From the NCBI GenBank assembly GCA_963843845.1, contig CAWJMB010000002.1, positions 1,440,001 through 1,504,000 of the forward strand: a stretch of DNA of 64,000 bases, given 5' to 3'. The position numbers were made by a program, and so were the translations under genes. Numbering within the stretch: the first letter of the stretch is position 1; each line of letters opens with the position of its first letter. The notes beneath the pieces were generated by a model. The model saw nothing but the letters and a program-made list of their open reading frames with translations, was not told the origin of the DNA and searched no databases. Source of the DNA: an uncultured Gemmatimonadaceae bacterium (GTDB taxonomy: Bacteria > Gemmatimonadota > Gemmatimonadetes > Gemmatimonadales > Gemmatimonadaceae). Positions 53,953 to 64,000 of the stretch are shown here, piece by piece.

Positions 53953-56844
53953 ATGGCTGAAGAGTTCCTGATCGTCCGCGGTGCCCGCGAGCACAACCTG
54001 AAGAACGTCGACGTCACGATCCCTCGTGACCGACTGACTGTCATCACCGGGCTCTCCGGGTCCGGCAAGTCGAGCCTCGCGTTCGACACGATCTACGCCG
54101 AGGGACAGCGGCGCTACGTCGAGTCGCTCTCCGCCTACGCGCGGCAGTTCCTCGGGCTGATGGAGAAGCCCGACGTCGACGCGATCGAAGGGCTCTCGCC
54201 GGCGATCTCGATCGAGCAGAAGAACACGGGAAACAATCCGCGCTCGACGGTCGGCACGGTCACCGAGATCTATGACTACCTCAGGCTGCTGTTCGCGCGG
54301 GCCGGCACGCCGCACTGCCCGAACTGCGGTCGAGCCGTGCAACGCCAGAGCCCCGCGCAGATCGCGGAGAACGTGCTCGCGTGGCCCGACGGGACTCGCA
54401 TCGAGATCCGCGCGCCGCTCGTCCAGGGGCGCAAAGGCGAGTTTCGCGAGCTGTTCGAAGACGCGCGCAAGCAAGGTTTCATCCGTGCCGTCGTCGACGG
54501 AGAGCTCGTCGAGCTGGCCGACCCGCCGAAGCTGAATCGGCGACAGAATCACAGCATCTCGGTCGTCATCGACCGACTCGTGGTTCGCGGCGAGGACCGG
54601 GGTCGTCTCACGGACTCGCTCGAGACCGCGCTGCGCCTGGCCGAGGGGCTCGTCGAAGTCGTCGAGTACGGGAGCGGCGATCCCGAGACGCACCTGTTCT
54701 CCGAACGGTATGGGTGCCCGAGTTGCGGCATCTCGCTCGCCGAGCTCGAGCCGCGGCAGTTCTCGTTCAACTCGCCGTTCGGGGCCTGCCCGGCGTGCGG
54801 CGGACTCGGCACCCGGCGCGAGGTCAGCGAGGAGCTGATCCTCGGCGACCCGAGCATCTCGATCCTCGAAGGCGTCGTGCTGCCGTGGGGCGAGCCCGAC
54901 GGCTACCTGCGCAAGACGATCCTCCCCGGCCTCGCGAAGGAGCTCGGCTTCGAGCTGAACGCGCCCTGGGGAACGATTGCGGCACATGCGCGGGAGGCGC
55001 TGTTGTACGGCACGAGCCGGGACACCGGACTCGCGACCCGGGAGCCGGCAAAGGGGCGGAAGAAGGCCGAGTCCCGCGTCCCGAGTGCCGGCAGTCTGCA
55101 GTGGGAAGGCATCGTCGCCAACGTTCAGCGCCGATATCACGAGACGAGCTCCGACGCCGTGCGCCTCGAGCTCGAGGACTACATGGTCGGGAAGCCGTGC
55201 TCCGCGTGCGGCGGCACGCGGCTCAAGCCGGCGTCGCTCGCGGTCACGCTCGTCGGCCACAACATCGGGCAGGTCGTCGAGCTCTCCGTGTCGCGCGCGC
55301 TCGAGTTCTTCCAGGCGGTGCCGGTGCGTGGGAATGGCACGCCGGGACTCGATCCCGACATCGCCGGCCCGATCCTGAAGGAAGTGCGCGAGCGCCTCCG
55401 CTTCCTCGTCGACGTCGGGCTCGACTACCTCACGCTGAACCGCTCGGCGGAGTCGCTGTCGGGCGGCGAGGCGCAGCGCATCCGCCTCGCGACACAGATC
55501 GGATCGCGCCTCGTCGGCGTGCTCTACATCCTCGACGAGCCGTCGATCGGGCTGCACCAGCGCGACAACGGGCGCCTGCTCGCGACGCTGAAGCAGCTTC
55601 GCGACCTCGGCAACACCGTCATCGTCGTCGAGCACGACGAGGAGACGATGCGTGAAGCCGACTACCTCCTCGACCTCGGGCCGGGGGCGGGGAAGCACGG
55701 CGGCGAGGTCATCGCCGCGGGCACGGTCGCGGAAGTCCTCGCGAATCCGAACTCGATCACGGCGAAGTACCTGAACGGCGAGCGCGAGATTCCGGTACGC
55801 GCGGAGCGGCGCCCGTTCGATGCGAAGCGGACCATCCAGGTCGTGAACGCGCGCGAGCACAACCTCCGTGGCGTGACGCTCGAGATTCCGTTAGGCACCT
55901 TCGTCGCCGTCACCGGTGTCTCGGGCTCCGGCAAGTCCACGCTGATCGAGGACATTCTGCACCGCGCGCTCGCTCGGCATTTCTATCGCGCGCGCGTCAT
56001 CCCGGGCGCGCACGACCGCATCACCGGGCTCGAGCACATCGACAAGGTCATCGACATCGACCAGAGCCCGATCGGCCGCACGCCGCGCTCCAACCCGGCG
56101 ACGTACACGGGGCTGTTCACGCCGATCCGCGAGCTGTTCGCGGAGCTGCCGGAGGCGAAGATTCGCGGCTACGGGCCGGGCCGCTTCTCGTTCAACGTGA
56201 AGGGCGGACGCTGCGAGGCGTGTCAGGGCGACGGCCTCGTGAAGATCGAGATGCACTTCCTCCCGGACGTCTTCGTGCCGTGCGACGTCTGCAAGGGGAA
56301 GCGCTTCAATCGCGAGACGCTCGAGGTCCGCTTCCGCGGCCTGTCGATCGCCGAAGTGCTCGACCTGACGGTCGAGGACGCGTGTACGACGTTCGAGAAC
56401 CAGCCGCGGATCTCGCAGAAGCTCGAAACGCTCCGCGACGTCGGGCTCGGCTACATCCACCTCGGGCAGAGTGCGACGACACTTTCCGGCGGCGAGGCAC
56501 AGCGCGTGAAGCTCGCGACCGAGCTGTCGAAGCGCGACACGGGCCGCACGCTCTACATCCTCGACGAGCCGACGACCGGCCTGCACTTCGAGGACGTGCG
56601 CGTGCTGCTCGACGTCCTGCACCGGCTCGTCGACCGCGGCAATACGGTGCTCGTCATCGAGCATTCGCTCGACGTCATCAAGACCGCAGACTGGATCGTC
56701 GACCTCGGCCCCGAGGGCGGGATGCGCGGCGGAGCCATCGTCGCCGCGGGGACGCCGGAGCAGGTCGCCCAGGTCGCGGAATCGCACACCGGCCATTACC
56801 TCCGTGCGCTGCTGCCGAAGCTCCGGCGGCGAAAAGCGAGCTGA
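53953..56844 (+). CDS. uvrA: Excinuclease ABC subunit A
   Basis: [26 protein letters not shown] twice, zinc fingers. Confidence 0.99.
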   Translation: MAEEFLIVRGAREHNLKNVDVTIPRDRLTVITGLSGSGKSSLAFDTIYAEGQRRYVESLSAYARQFLGLMEKPDVDAIEGLSPAISIEQKNTGNNPRSTVGTVTEIYDYLRLLFARAGTPHCPNCGRAVQRQSPAQIAENVLAWPDGTRIEIRAPLVQGRKGEFRELFEDARKQGFIRAVVDGELVELADPPKLNRRQNHSISVVIDRLVVRGEDRGRLTDSLETALRLAEGLVEVVEYGSGDPETHLFSERYGCPSCGISLAELEPRQFSFNSPFGACPACGGLGTRREVSEELILGDPSISILEGVVLPWGEPDGYLRKTILPGLAKELGFELNAPWGTIAAHAREALLYGTSRDTGLATREPAKGRKKAESRVPSAGSLQWEGIVANVQRRYHETSSDAVRLELEDYMVGKPCSACGGTRLKPASLAVTLVGHNIGQVVELSVSRALEFFQAVPVRGNGTPGLDPDIAGPILKEVRERLRFLVDVGLDYLTLNRSAESLSGGEAQRIRLATQIGSRLVGVLYILDEPSIGLHQRDNGRLLATLKQLRDLGNTVIVVEHDEETMREADYLLDLGPGAGKHGGEVIAAGTVAEVLANPNSITAKYLNGEREIPVRAERRPFDAKRTIQVVNAREHNLRGVTLEIPLGTFVAVTGVSGSGKSTLIEDILHRALARHFYRARVIPGAHDRITGLEHIDKVIDIDQSPIGRTPRSNPATYTGLFTPIRELFAELPEAKIRGYGPGRFSFNVKGGRCEACQGDGLVKIEMHFLPDVFVPCDVCKGKRFNRETLEVRFRGLSIAEVLDLTVEDACTTFENQPRISQKLETLRDVGLGYIHLGQSATTLSGGEAQRVKLATELSKRDTGRTLYILDEPTTGLHFEDVRVLLDVLHRLVDRGNTVLVIEHSLDVIKTADWIVDLGPEGGMRGGAIVAAGTPEQVAQVAESHTGHYLRALLPKLRRRKAS

Positions 56845-56917
56845 CGTCGACGCTGCGGGCTGCGACGGGTCGAGCGTCGCCATAACTTGCCTGTCCCTCC
56901 CGATGGGATCGTAGAAC

Positions 56918-57592
56918 GTGGTCAGCCTGCTCGACATCATCGGCCCCGTCATGGTCGGGCCGTCGTCCTCGCACACCGCAGGCGCCTGCCGCCTCGGGCT
57001 GCTCGCGCGCGACCTCGTCGGCGGCACGCCCGAGACGGCGCGCGTCGAACTGCACGGCTCGTTCGCCCGCACGGGTGAGGGGCACGGCACCGACAAGGCG
57101 ATCGTCGGAGGCCTGATGGGCTTCCGTCCGGACGATGAGCGGATTCGCGAGGCGCTCGACATCGCGGAGCGCGAAGGGCTCGACTATCGCTTCGAGAAGA
57201 CGACGCTGGGCGAGGAGGCGACGGTACACCCGAACACCGTGCGCCTGACGCTCTCGCGCGGCGACCGCCAGGCGGTGATGGTCGGCTCGTCGCTCGGCGC
57301 CGGTCGCGTGCTCGTGAACGAGATCGACGGGTACCCGGTCGAGGTCACCGGGAGCTACAACACGATCGTGCTCGTCGCCGAAGACGTGAAGGGCTCGATC
57401 GCCGCCATCGCGACGATCCTCGCCGCGAACGCGATCAACGTCGCGACGCTCAGAGTCTCGCGCCAGCAGCGCGGCGGCGACGCGTTCATGGTGTGGGAGA
57501 TCGACGAGCGCCCCGACGAGCGCGTGCGCGACACCCTCCGAGCGCTCCCGTGGGTCCGCTGGGCGTTCCGCCTCGACAAGGTGAGCGCCTGA
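56918..57592 (+). CDS. sdaAB: L-serine dehydratase beta subunit with ACT domain
   Basis: GPVMVGPSSSHTAG, GHGTD, HPNT. Confidence 0.93.
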   Translation: MVSLLDIIGPVMVGPSSSHTAGACRLGLLARDLVGGTPETARVELHGSFARTGEGHGTDKAIVGGLMGFRPDDERIREALDIAEREGLDYRFEKTTLGEEATVHPNTVRLTLSRGDRQAVMVGSSLGAGRVLVNEIDGYPVEVTGSYNTIVLVAEDVKGSIAAIATILAANAINVATLRVSRQQRGGDAFMVWEIDERPDERVRDTLRALPWVRWAFRLDKVSA

Positions 57593-58473
57593 TGTATCGC
57601 TCGCTCGCCGAGGCCATCAGGGACGCCGAGTCGCGCGGCATTCCGCTGTCGCAGGCCGCGCTCCGACTCGAGGCACTCGACGCCGGTCGCCCGGTGGAGG
57701 AGATCCGCGCCGCCCTCCGACGCGCGCTCGAGGTCATGCGGGGCGCCGTGGCGCGTGGCCTCCGCGGCGACCTCCGCTCCGCGTCCGGCCTCGTCGGGGG
57801 CGACGCGGCGAAGCTCGTCACCGGTCCGTCGGGTCCGCTCGCCGGCACGCCGTTCCGCGACGTCCTCGCCCGCGCGCTCGCCGTGCAGGAAGTCAACGCC
57901 GCCATGGGCGTCATCGTCGCCGCGCCGACCGCCGGCGGCGCCGGGGTCCTTCCGGCCGTCCTCACCGGCCTCGCCGACGCGCGCGGCATCGGCGACGAGG
58001 CACTCGTCGACGCGCTCGCCACCGCGGGCCTCATCGGCGCCGTCGTCGCCGACCGGGCGTCGCTCTCCGGCGCCGAGGGCGGGTGTCAGGCCGAGACCGG
58101 CGCCGCCGCGGGGATGGCCGCCGGTGCCGCGACCGAGATGCTCGGCGGCTCCCCGCGGCAGGTCGGCCACGCCGTCGCGCTCGCGCAGCAGGGAACGCTG
58201 GGCCTCGTCTGCGATCCGCTAGGCGGCCTCGTCGAGCTGCCGTGCGTCTTCCGCAACGCGACCGGCGCCGCCATCGCGCTCGCGGCGGTCGAGATGGCGC
58301 TCGCCGGCATCGAGTTCGCGATCCCCGCCGACGAAGTCATCGACACGATGGGCGAGATCGGGCGCGCCATGGACGTCCGCTATCGCGAGACCGCGGGAGG
58401 CGGGCTCGCCGCGACGCCCACGGGCCGCCGCCTCGCGCGCGAACGCCTCGTTCAGATCAAGCGCGCCGACTAA
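57592..58473 (+). CDS. sdaAA: L-serine dehydratase alpha subunit (Fe-S)
   Basis: APTAGGAG, GAEGGCQAE, GLVCDP.GGLVELPC, RETAGGGLA. Confidence 0.94.
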   Translation: MYRSLAEAIRDAESRGIPLSQAALRLEALDAGRPVEEIRAALRRALEVMRGAVARGLRGDLRSASGLVGGDAAKLVTGPSGPLAGTPFRDVLARALAVQEVNAAMGVIVAAPTAGGAGVLPAVLTGLADARGIGDEALVDALATAGLIGAVVADRASLSGAEGGCQAETGAAAGMAAGAATEMLGGSPRQVGHAVALAQQGTLGLVCDPLGGLVELPCVFRNATGAAIALAAVEMALAGIEFAIPADEVIDTMGEIGRAMDVRYRETAGGGLAATPTGRRLARERLVQIKRAD

Positions 58474-58490
58474 GTTCGCCGAAACCCCGC

Positions 58491-58524
58491 GGGCCTTCGC
58501 GGCCGTAAGGGCCCTCATCTTTTT
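58491..58524 (+). terminator. Probable intrinsic terminator after sdaAA
   Basis: Imperfect gggcctt...aagggccc stem followed by tcatcttttt. Confidence 0.45.
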
Positions 58525-58539
58525 CGACAGGTGCGGCAC

Positions 58540-58945
58540 ATGGTCTCTCGCGATGACATCGAGCACTTCCTCGATCGCCTCGCCCCCGACGGCGCGAGCT
58601 ATCGGGAGGTCGAGCCCGGCCTCTGGGTCATTCGCCCGGGCGGCGCGATCGACTTCGACGTCGTCTGTCACTACAGCCCGACCGCGATCGTGCTCCGCGT
58701 CAAGGTGATGGACCTGCCGCCGGACGACGACGCGTGCAACGGACTCGCGCGCCGCCTGCTCCAGCTCAACGCCTCCGACCTCGTGCACGGCTCGTACGGC
58801 ATCGAGCAGGACTCGGTCGTCATGACCGAGGCGCTCGAGCTGGCGCACCTCGACTTCGAGGAGTTCCTCGCGGCCTACGAGAGCATGGCGCTCGCGCTCG
58901 TCGTCGCACCTGCGCGAGCTCGTCACGTTCCGCGAGGCCCGCTGA
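58540..58945 (+). CDS. YbjN/CesT-type chaperone-fold protein (frameshift near C-terminus)
   Basis: Small acidic protein, RRLLQLNASDLVHGSYGI, LDFEEF. Confidence 0.7.
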
Positions 58946-58948
58946 GCC

Positions 58949-59801
58949 ATGGGCATCTTCGACCGTTTCTCGACGCTCCTCCGCTCGAACATCAACGATC
59001 TCATCTCCTCGGCCGAAAATCCCGAGAAGATGCTGAATCAGATGATCGCCGACATGAACGGCCAGCTGATCAAGGCGAAGCAGCAGGTCGCCGCCGCGAT
59101 CGCCGACGAGAAGCGACTGCGCGACCAGGCCGACTCCGAGTTCAAGCAGGCGAAGGTCTGGGAGGAACGCGCGATGTTCGCCGTCAGCAGGGCAACGACG
59201 AGCTCGCGAAGCAGGCGCTCCTGCGCGGGCGGCAACACGCCGAGCACGGCCAGCGAGATCGAGGCCACGTGGAAGGCACAGCGCGGCGAGACCGAGAAGC
59301 TCAAGCAGTCGCTCCGCGATCTCGCCGAGAAGATCGAGGAGGCGAAGCGGAAGAAGAACCTGCTCCTCGCGCGCCAGCGCCGCGCCGAGGCGCAGAAGCG
59401 CATCCAGCAGACGATGTCGTCGCTGTCCGAGAAGAGCGCGTTCGAGGCGTTCGCGCGCATGGAGGAGCGCATCGAGCAGAACGAGCGCCAGCTCAAGGCC
59501 GCGGCGGAGATCGACGAGGAGATCGGCGGCGACAACCTCGCCGGGCAGTTCAAGCAGCTCGAGCGGTCGGTCGGAACCGCCGACGCCGATACGCGCCTGC
59601 TCGCGCTGAAGCAGAAGATGGGCGTGCTCCCCGCTGCCGCAGCGTCGCGCCCCGCGTTGAGCGCAGGTCAGCCCGCGGCCGCGAACGCGCCCCGCAGCGA
59701 TCCCCGCGACGGCGGCCTCCGCCCCGACCGAGCCGCAGAAGCATCCGACCGAGGATGAGCTGCTGGCCGAGTTCGAGGAGCTGGAGCGACACAAAGGGTG
59801 A
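58949..59801 (+). CDS. pspA: PspA/IM30 (Vipp1) family protein with C-terminal extension
   Basis: MGIFDRF, ENPEKMLNQ, FARMEERI; compensating frameshifts. Confidence 0.93.
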
Positions 59802-61010
59802 GCACGTCGTCGTTGGACCGCCGCCGTTCAGCGCGCCGGGGCGGTTTCGCTTCGCGCCGATTCTCGCCGCACCGTCCTCACCGTCCTGCTGCTCTGGCTC
59901 GTCGGACGCGTCGCCGACGTGCTGCTGCTGCTGTTCCTCGCGATCCTGCTCTCGCTCTACCTCGGGGCGCTCGGCGACATCATCTCGCGGCGCACGCCGC
60001 GATCCCGCGCCGTCCGGCGATCCTCGTCGGCGTGCTGCTCACCCTGGCCGCGTTAGGCGGGCTCCTCTGGCTGCTCGTGCCGCCGGTCGTCGAGCAGACG
60101 CAGGCACTCGTTCAGCGTCCTGCCCGCGCTTCGTCAGCAGTCTGGGACGCGCGGATCGACGACCTCGCGACACGCATTCCCGCCCTCGGCGGTGTCGTCA
60201 AGCCGGGCGAGCAACGCGTCATGGCCGCGCTCTACGCGCAGGGTGAAGCGCTCGTCGAGAGCGTGCGTCCCGCACGTGTTCTCGATCGTCGAGGTGTCGA
60301 TCGACATCTTCGCGGTCGGCGTCATGGCGCTCTACCTCGCGATGCATCCGAGCCTGTACCGCGAGTGGCTGATCGCGCTGTTCCCGCCCGTCCACCGCGA
60401 GCTCGTTCGCGACGTGCTCGGCGAGATCGCCAGCCAGCTTCGCTCGTGGATCGTCGGCCAGCTCTCGGCGATGCTGATCCTCGCCGTCCTGACGGCGATC
60501 GGGCTGTACTTCCTCGACGTGCCGTACGCCCTCACCTTCGGCGTCTTCACGGGCGTCGTCGCGGTGGTGCCGTTCTTCGGGACGCTGCTCTCCACCCTGC
60601 TGCCGGCGCTGTTCGTGCTGGCGCTCCCGAACGGCGGCACGCGAGCGCTGTTCGTGGCACTGCTGGGCGTCGTCATCCACCTGCTCGAGGGCAACATCGT
60701 CGCGCCGCTCATCACGGCGAAGCGGGTCGAGCTACCACCGGTGCTGTCGATCATGGCGGTGCTGATCGTCGGGAAGCTGCTGGGCCCGGTCGGCCTGATC
60801 GTCGCCGTGCCGACGCTCGCTGCGCTGATGGTCGTCGTGCGACGCATCCTCATCAATCGCGTCTACGAGGGGCAGGGGTTCCGCCGCTCGACCCGCGACC
60901 ACGCGCTCGTGCTCCGCGTGCCGCCTGCGGACGGCGAAGGTGTGCTCGTTCCCGCCACGCCGGCGATCGACCTCATCGCGCTCGCCGCCCGCACGCGCCG
61001 CTCGGCCTGA
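59798..61010 (+). CDS. AI-2E family transporter, frameshifted
   Basis: WIVGQL, VPFFG, LEGNIVAP, GLIVAVP. Confidence 0.88.
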
Positions 61011-61083
61011 CCGTCTAGCTTCGAGGCGACCGCCGGTCGCCCTGCGCTCAACGCTTCGCGCTCCACGCTCCGCGCTCATCGCA

Positions 61084-62170
61084 ATGTCCCGCGAACGTTT
61101 CCTCGTCATCGCCGAAGGGCTGTTCGGTCCGCAGTCGTCCAAGACCGCGAACGCCTGCATCCGCTACACGCCGGAACGCGTCGTCGCCGTGCTCGACTCT
61201 TCGCGGGCCGGCAGCACAGCGCAGCAGATCCTCGGGTTCGGCGGCGACATCCCTGTCGTCGAGTCGCTCGAAGACGGATTCGCGAAGGGCGCGAACGCGA
61301 TTCTCGTCGGCATCGCGCCACCGGGAGGCCAGTTGCCGGGCGAGTGGCGCGGCTGGATCGCGACCGCGCTCGCGCGCGGGATCGCCGGTGTGGAGCGGCC
61401 TCCACTACTTCCTTGGCGACGATCCGGTGCTGGCCGAGGCGGCGAGGACGGGGAATGCGGAGATCTTCGACCTCCGTCGCCCGCCGAACGATCTGGTGGT
61501 CGCGACAGGCCGGACACGCGACGTCGCCGCGACGATCGTGCTGACGGTCGGTACCGATTGCAACATCGGCAAGATGACCGCGCAGTTGCAGTTGAAGGAC
61601 GCGCTGCGCACCCGCGGAAACCGCGTCGCGTTCGCTGCGACGGGGCAGACCGGCATTCTCATCGAGGGGTGGGGCATCTCGGTCGACGCTGTCGTCGCCG
61701 ACTTCATCGCCGGCGCGGCCGAACGCTTGACGCTCCAGGCGGCGCAGAACGCGGACATCGTGCTCGTCGAGGGGCAGGGGTCGATCATTCACCCGTCGTA
61801 CTCCGGCGTCACGTACGGCCTGATGCACGGCGCGCTGCCCCACGCCACGGTGCTGTGCGCGCAGCCGTCTCGCCGCACGATCAATCGCAACGACTGGGTG
61901 CGCATCCCGCCGCTCGACGCGATGGTGCGCATGCACGAAGCCGCGTTCGCCCCGCTCCGCCCTGCGCCGACGATCGCCGTCGCGCTGAACACCTTCGATC
62001 TGACCGACGCGGACGCTCGCGCCGCGATCCGCGACGCCGAGGCGGTGACCGGGCTCCCCGCCACCGACCCCGTGCGATACGACGCCGCGCCGATCGCCGA
62101 GGCGATCGAGACGTTCCACCGCGCCCGCGCGGCGAATGCCCAGCAGCCTGCCGCCGCCACACATGCCTGA
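61084..62170 (+). CDS. DUF1611 P-loop protein (one frameshift)
   Basis: SKTA, SGLH, GTDCNIGKMT, ATGQTG, EGQGS, DPVR. Confidence 0.88.
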
Positions 62171-63585
62171 CGCTGCCGAGCTCCGACTCTACAACACCCT
62201 CACTCGACACGTCGAGCCGTTCGCGCCGGCGGACGGTCGCCGTGTGCGCCTCTATACCTGCGGCCCGACCGTCTACAACCCGGCGCACCTCGGCAACTTT
62301 CGCACGTTTCTGTTCGAGGACTTGCTTCGGCGCGCGATCCGGCTCGCGGGCTACGACGTCGAGCAGGTCATGAACCTGACCGACGTCGACGACAAGATCA
62401 TCCGCCGCGCGGAAGAGCAGGGAAAGACGATCACGCAGGTCACCGACCCTGTCGTCGAGATCTTTCACGCGGACCGTGCGTTCCTGCGGATCGAAGCGGC
62501 CGAGCACTATCCGCGTGCGACCGAATACATCGCCGAGATGATCGCGCTCGTCGAGCGGCTCGTCGCGCAGGGCGTCGCGTATCAGGCCGACGACGGCTCC
62601 GTCTACTTCGCGATCGCGAAGTTTCCCGGCGTACGGACGCCTGTCGCGTCTCGACACGCGCGAGCTCAAGGCGGGTGCCCGGGTCGCGCAGGACGACTAC
62701 TCGAAGGAGAACGCCCAGGACTTCGCGCTCTGGAAGGCGGCCACCGAGCAGGACGAGCGCGCCGGCGCCGCCTGGGACTCGCCATGGGGGCGCGGACGCC
62801 CCGGCTGGCATCTCGAGTGCTCGGCGATGGCGATGACGATCCTGGGCGAGACGATCGACCTGCACTGTGGCGGCATCGACCTCATCTTCCCGCATCATGA
62901 GGACGAGATCGCGCAGAGCGAGGCCGCGACCGGGAAGGCGTTCGCCCGCGTCTGGTGCCATGGCGAGTTCCTGCTCGTGGAAGGCTCGAAGATGGCGAAG
63001 CGCGTCGGGAACGTCGTGAACGTGCAGACGCTGCGAGGCGAGGGCTACTCCGCCGCCGCCATCCGCCACTTCGTCTACTCCACGCACTACCGCAAACAGC
63101 TCAACCTCACCGACGAGGCGCTCGACGCGTCGCGCAACGCCGTCCACCGTATCGGCGCGTTCGCCGACCGCTTACGCTCGGCGCGCGCCGGCACGACGGC
63201 GATCGTGGCGATCGCACGCGAAGCGGAGTCGGCGTTCCGCGCCGCCCTCCTCGACGACCTCAACGCGCCAGAAGCGCTCGGCGCGCTGTTCATCTTCCTG
63301 AACCGCGCGAACGCCGAGCTCGACCGGGGCGGCGACGACCTCGGCGCGCTGGATGAAGCCCGCCGAGTCTTCGCCGTGTTCGACAGCGTGCTCGACCTCG
63401 TCCCCGATCGCTCGGACGTCGATGCCGACCTGGCGGCGTGGGTCGACGAGCGGCTCGAAGCTCGCCGCGACGCGCGTCAGCGCCGCGATTTCGCCGCCGC
63501 CGACGCCATCCGTGCCGAGCTCGACGCGCGCGGCATCGAGGTCAAGGATTCGGGCTTCGGTACCACGTGGACGAAGGTGCGGTAG
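62163..63585 (+). CDS. cysS: Cysteinyl-tRNA synthetase (one frameshift)
   Basis: LYNTL, CGPTVY, HLGN, DFALWK, PGWHLEC, FPHHEDE, KMAKR. Confidence 0.97.
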
Positions 63586-63613
63586 GGGCGGCTCGGCGGT
63601 AGCTTTCGAGCGC

Positions 63614-63686
63614 GCTGACGTAGCTCAATCGGCAGAGCACCTGATTTGTAATCAGGCGGTTGGGGGTTCGATTCCCCCCGTCAGCT
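63614..63686 (+). tRNA. tRNA-Thr(TGT)
   Basis: Cloverleaf GCTGACG/CGTCAGC, anticodon arm CCTGA-TTTGTAA-TCAGG, TTCGA; no encoded CCA. Confidence 0.97.
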
Positions 63687-63691
63687 CTGAG

Positions 63692-63720
63692 TTGACCTCG
63701 CATCGCGGTGCGGCTAGCAT
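63692..63720 (+). promoter_or_regulatory. Putative sigma70 promoter for tRNA-Tyr/Gly
   Basis: TTGACC-N17-TAGCAT. Confidence 0.6.
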
Positions 63721-63733
63721 TCGCGGCTCGATC

Positions 63734-63817
63734 GGTGGGGTGGCCGAGTGGCTAAAGGCAGCAGACTGTAAATCTGCCGGGCAACGCCCTACGAAGGTTC
63801 GAATCCTTCCCCCACCA
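63734..63817 (+). tRNA. tRNA-Tyr(GTA)
   Basis: GCAGA-CTGTAAA-TCTGC, long variable arm, TTCGAAT. Confidence 0.97.
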
Positions 63818-63833
63818 CTCAGTTCGTTCGATC

Positions 63834-63906
63834 GCGGGAGTAGCTCAGTTGGTAGAGCACTAGCCTTCCAAGCTTGTGGTCGCGGGTTCGAGCCCCGTCT
63901 CCCGCT
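63834..63906 (+). tRNA. tRNA-Gly(TCC)
   Basis: GCGGGAG/CTCCCGC, loop CTTCCAA; one T-T mismatch in the anticodon stem. Confidence 0.94.
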
Positions 63907-63931
63907 CTCGCCGTCACTCTCGACCCCCGAC

Positions 63932-63960
63932 TTGTAGGACCGCCGGTCGGCCGCTAACTT
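63932..63960 (+). promoter_or_regulatory. Putative sigma70 promoter for the downstream unit
   Basis: TTGTAG-N17-TAACTT. Confidence 0.5.
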
Positions 63961-64000
63961 GCGAGTCTCTCCCGGTCGCGCACGGGAGTTGGCTCGCGTA

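Noticed and set aside
63860..63876. T-T mismatch in the tRNA-Gly anticodon stem as an editing site
   Set aside because: A single mismatch is tolerated in tRNAs and the assembly is error-prone

Overview
High-GC bacterial core-chromosome window. Gene content and order suggest Gemmatimonadota (inference, no search run). Many genes, including essential gyrB and cysS, are split by single-base indels in patches, most simply read as long-read assembly errors. Content in order: peptide ABC transporter; lipoate ligase, gcvP, coaBC, gcvH, coaE; an AraC-type regulator divergent from four type IV minor pilins; tdk and a motif-dead DEAD-box protein; a nurA-herA-(exported protein)-mre11/sbcD-rad50/sbcC-GNAT run with a decayed four-helix-bundle gene and heptamer repeats between nurA and herA; a PTPS(CX5HGH)-folE-SDR cluster resembling tetrahydrobiopterin synthesis; acyl-CoA ligase; TPR-orphan ParA-lipoprotein; divK-like/REC-GGDEF/ligA/V4R; pyrimidine nucleoside phosphorylase; recF-dciA-gyrB with a gyrB promoter whose -35 lies inside a 12-bp inverted repeat; topoisomerase IB; UDG; a variant ccm cluster (CxxxY CcmE, Tat-type Cys-rich CcmH); uvrA; sdaAB/AA; YbjN/CesT-like gene, pspA, AI-2E; DUF1611; cysS; tRNA-Thr/Tyr/Gly. 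No CRISPR array, integrase or transposase seen. All family calls come from recognising motifs by eye.
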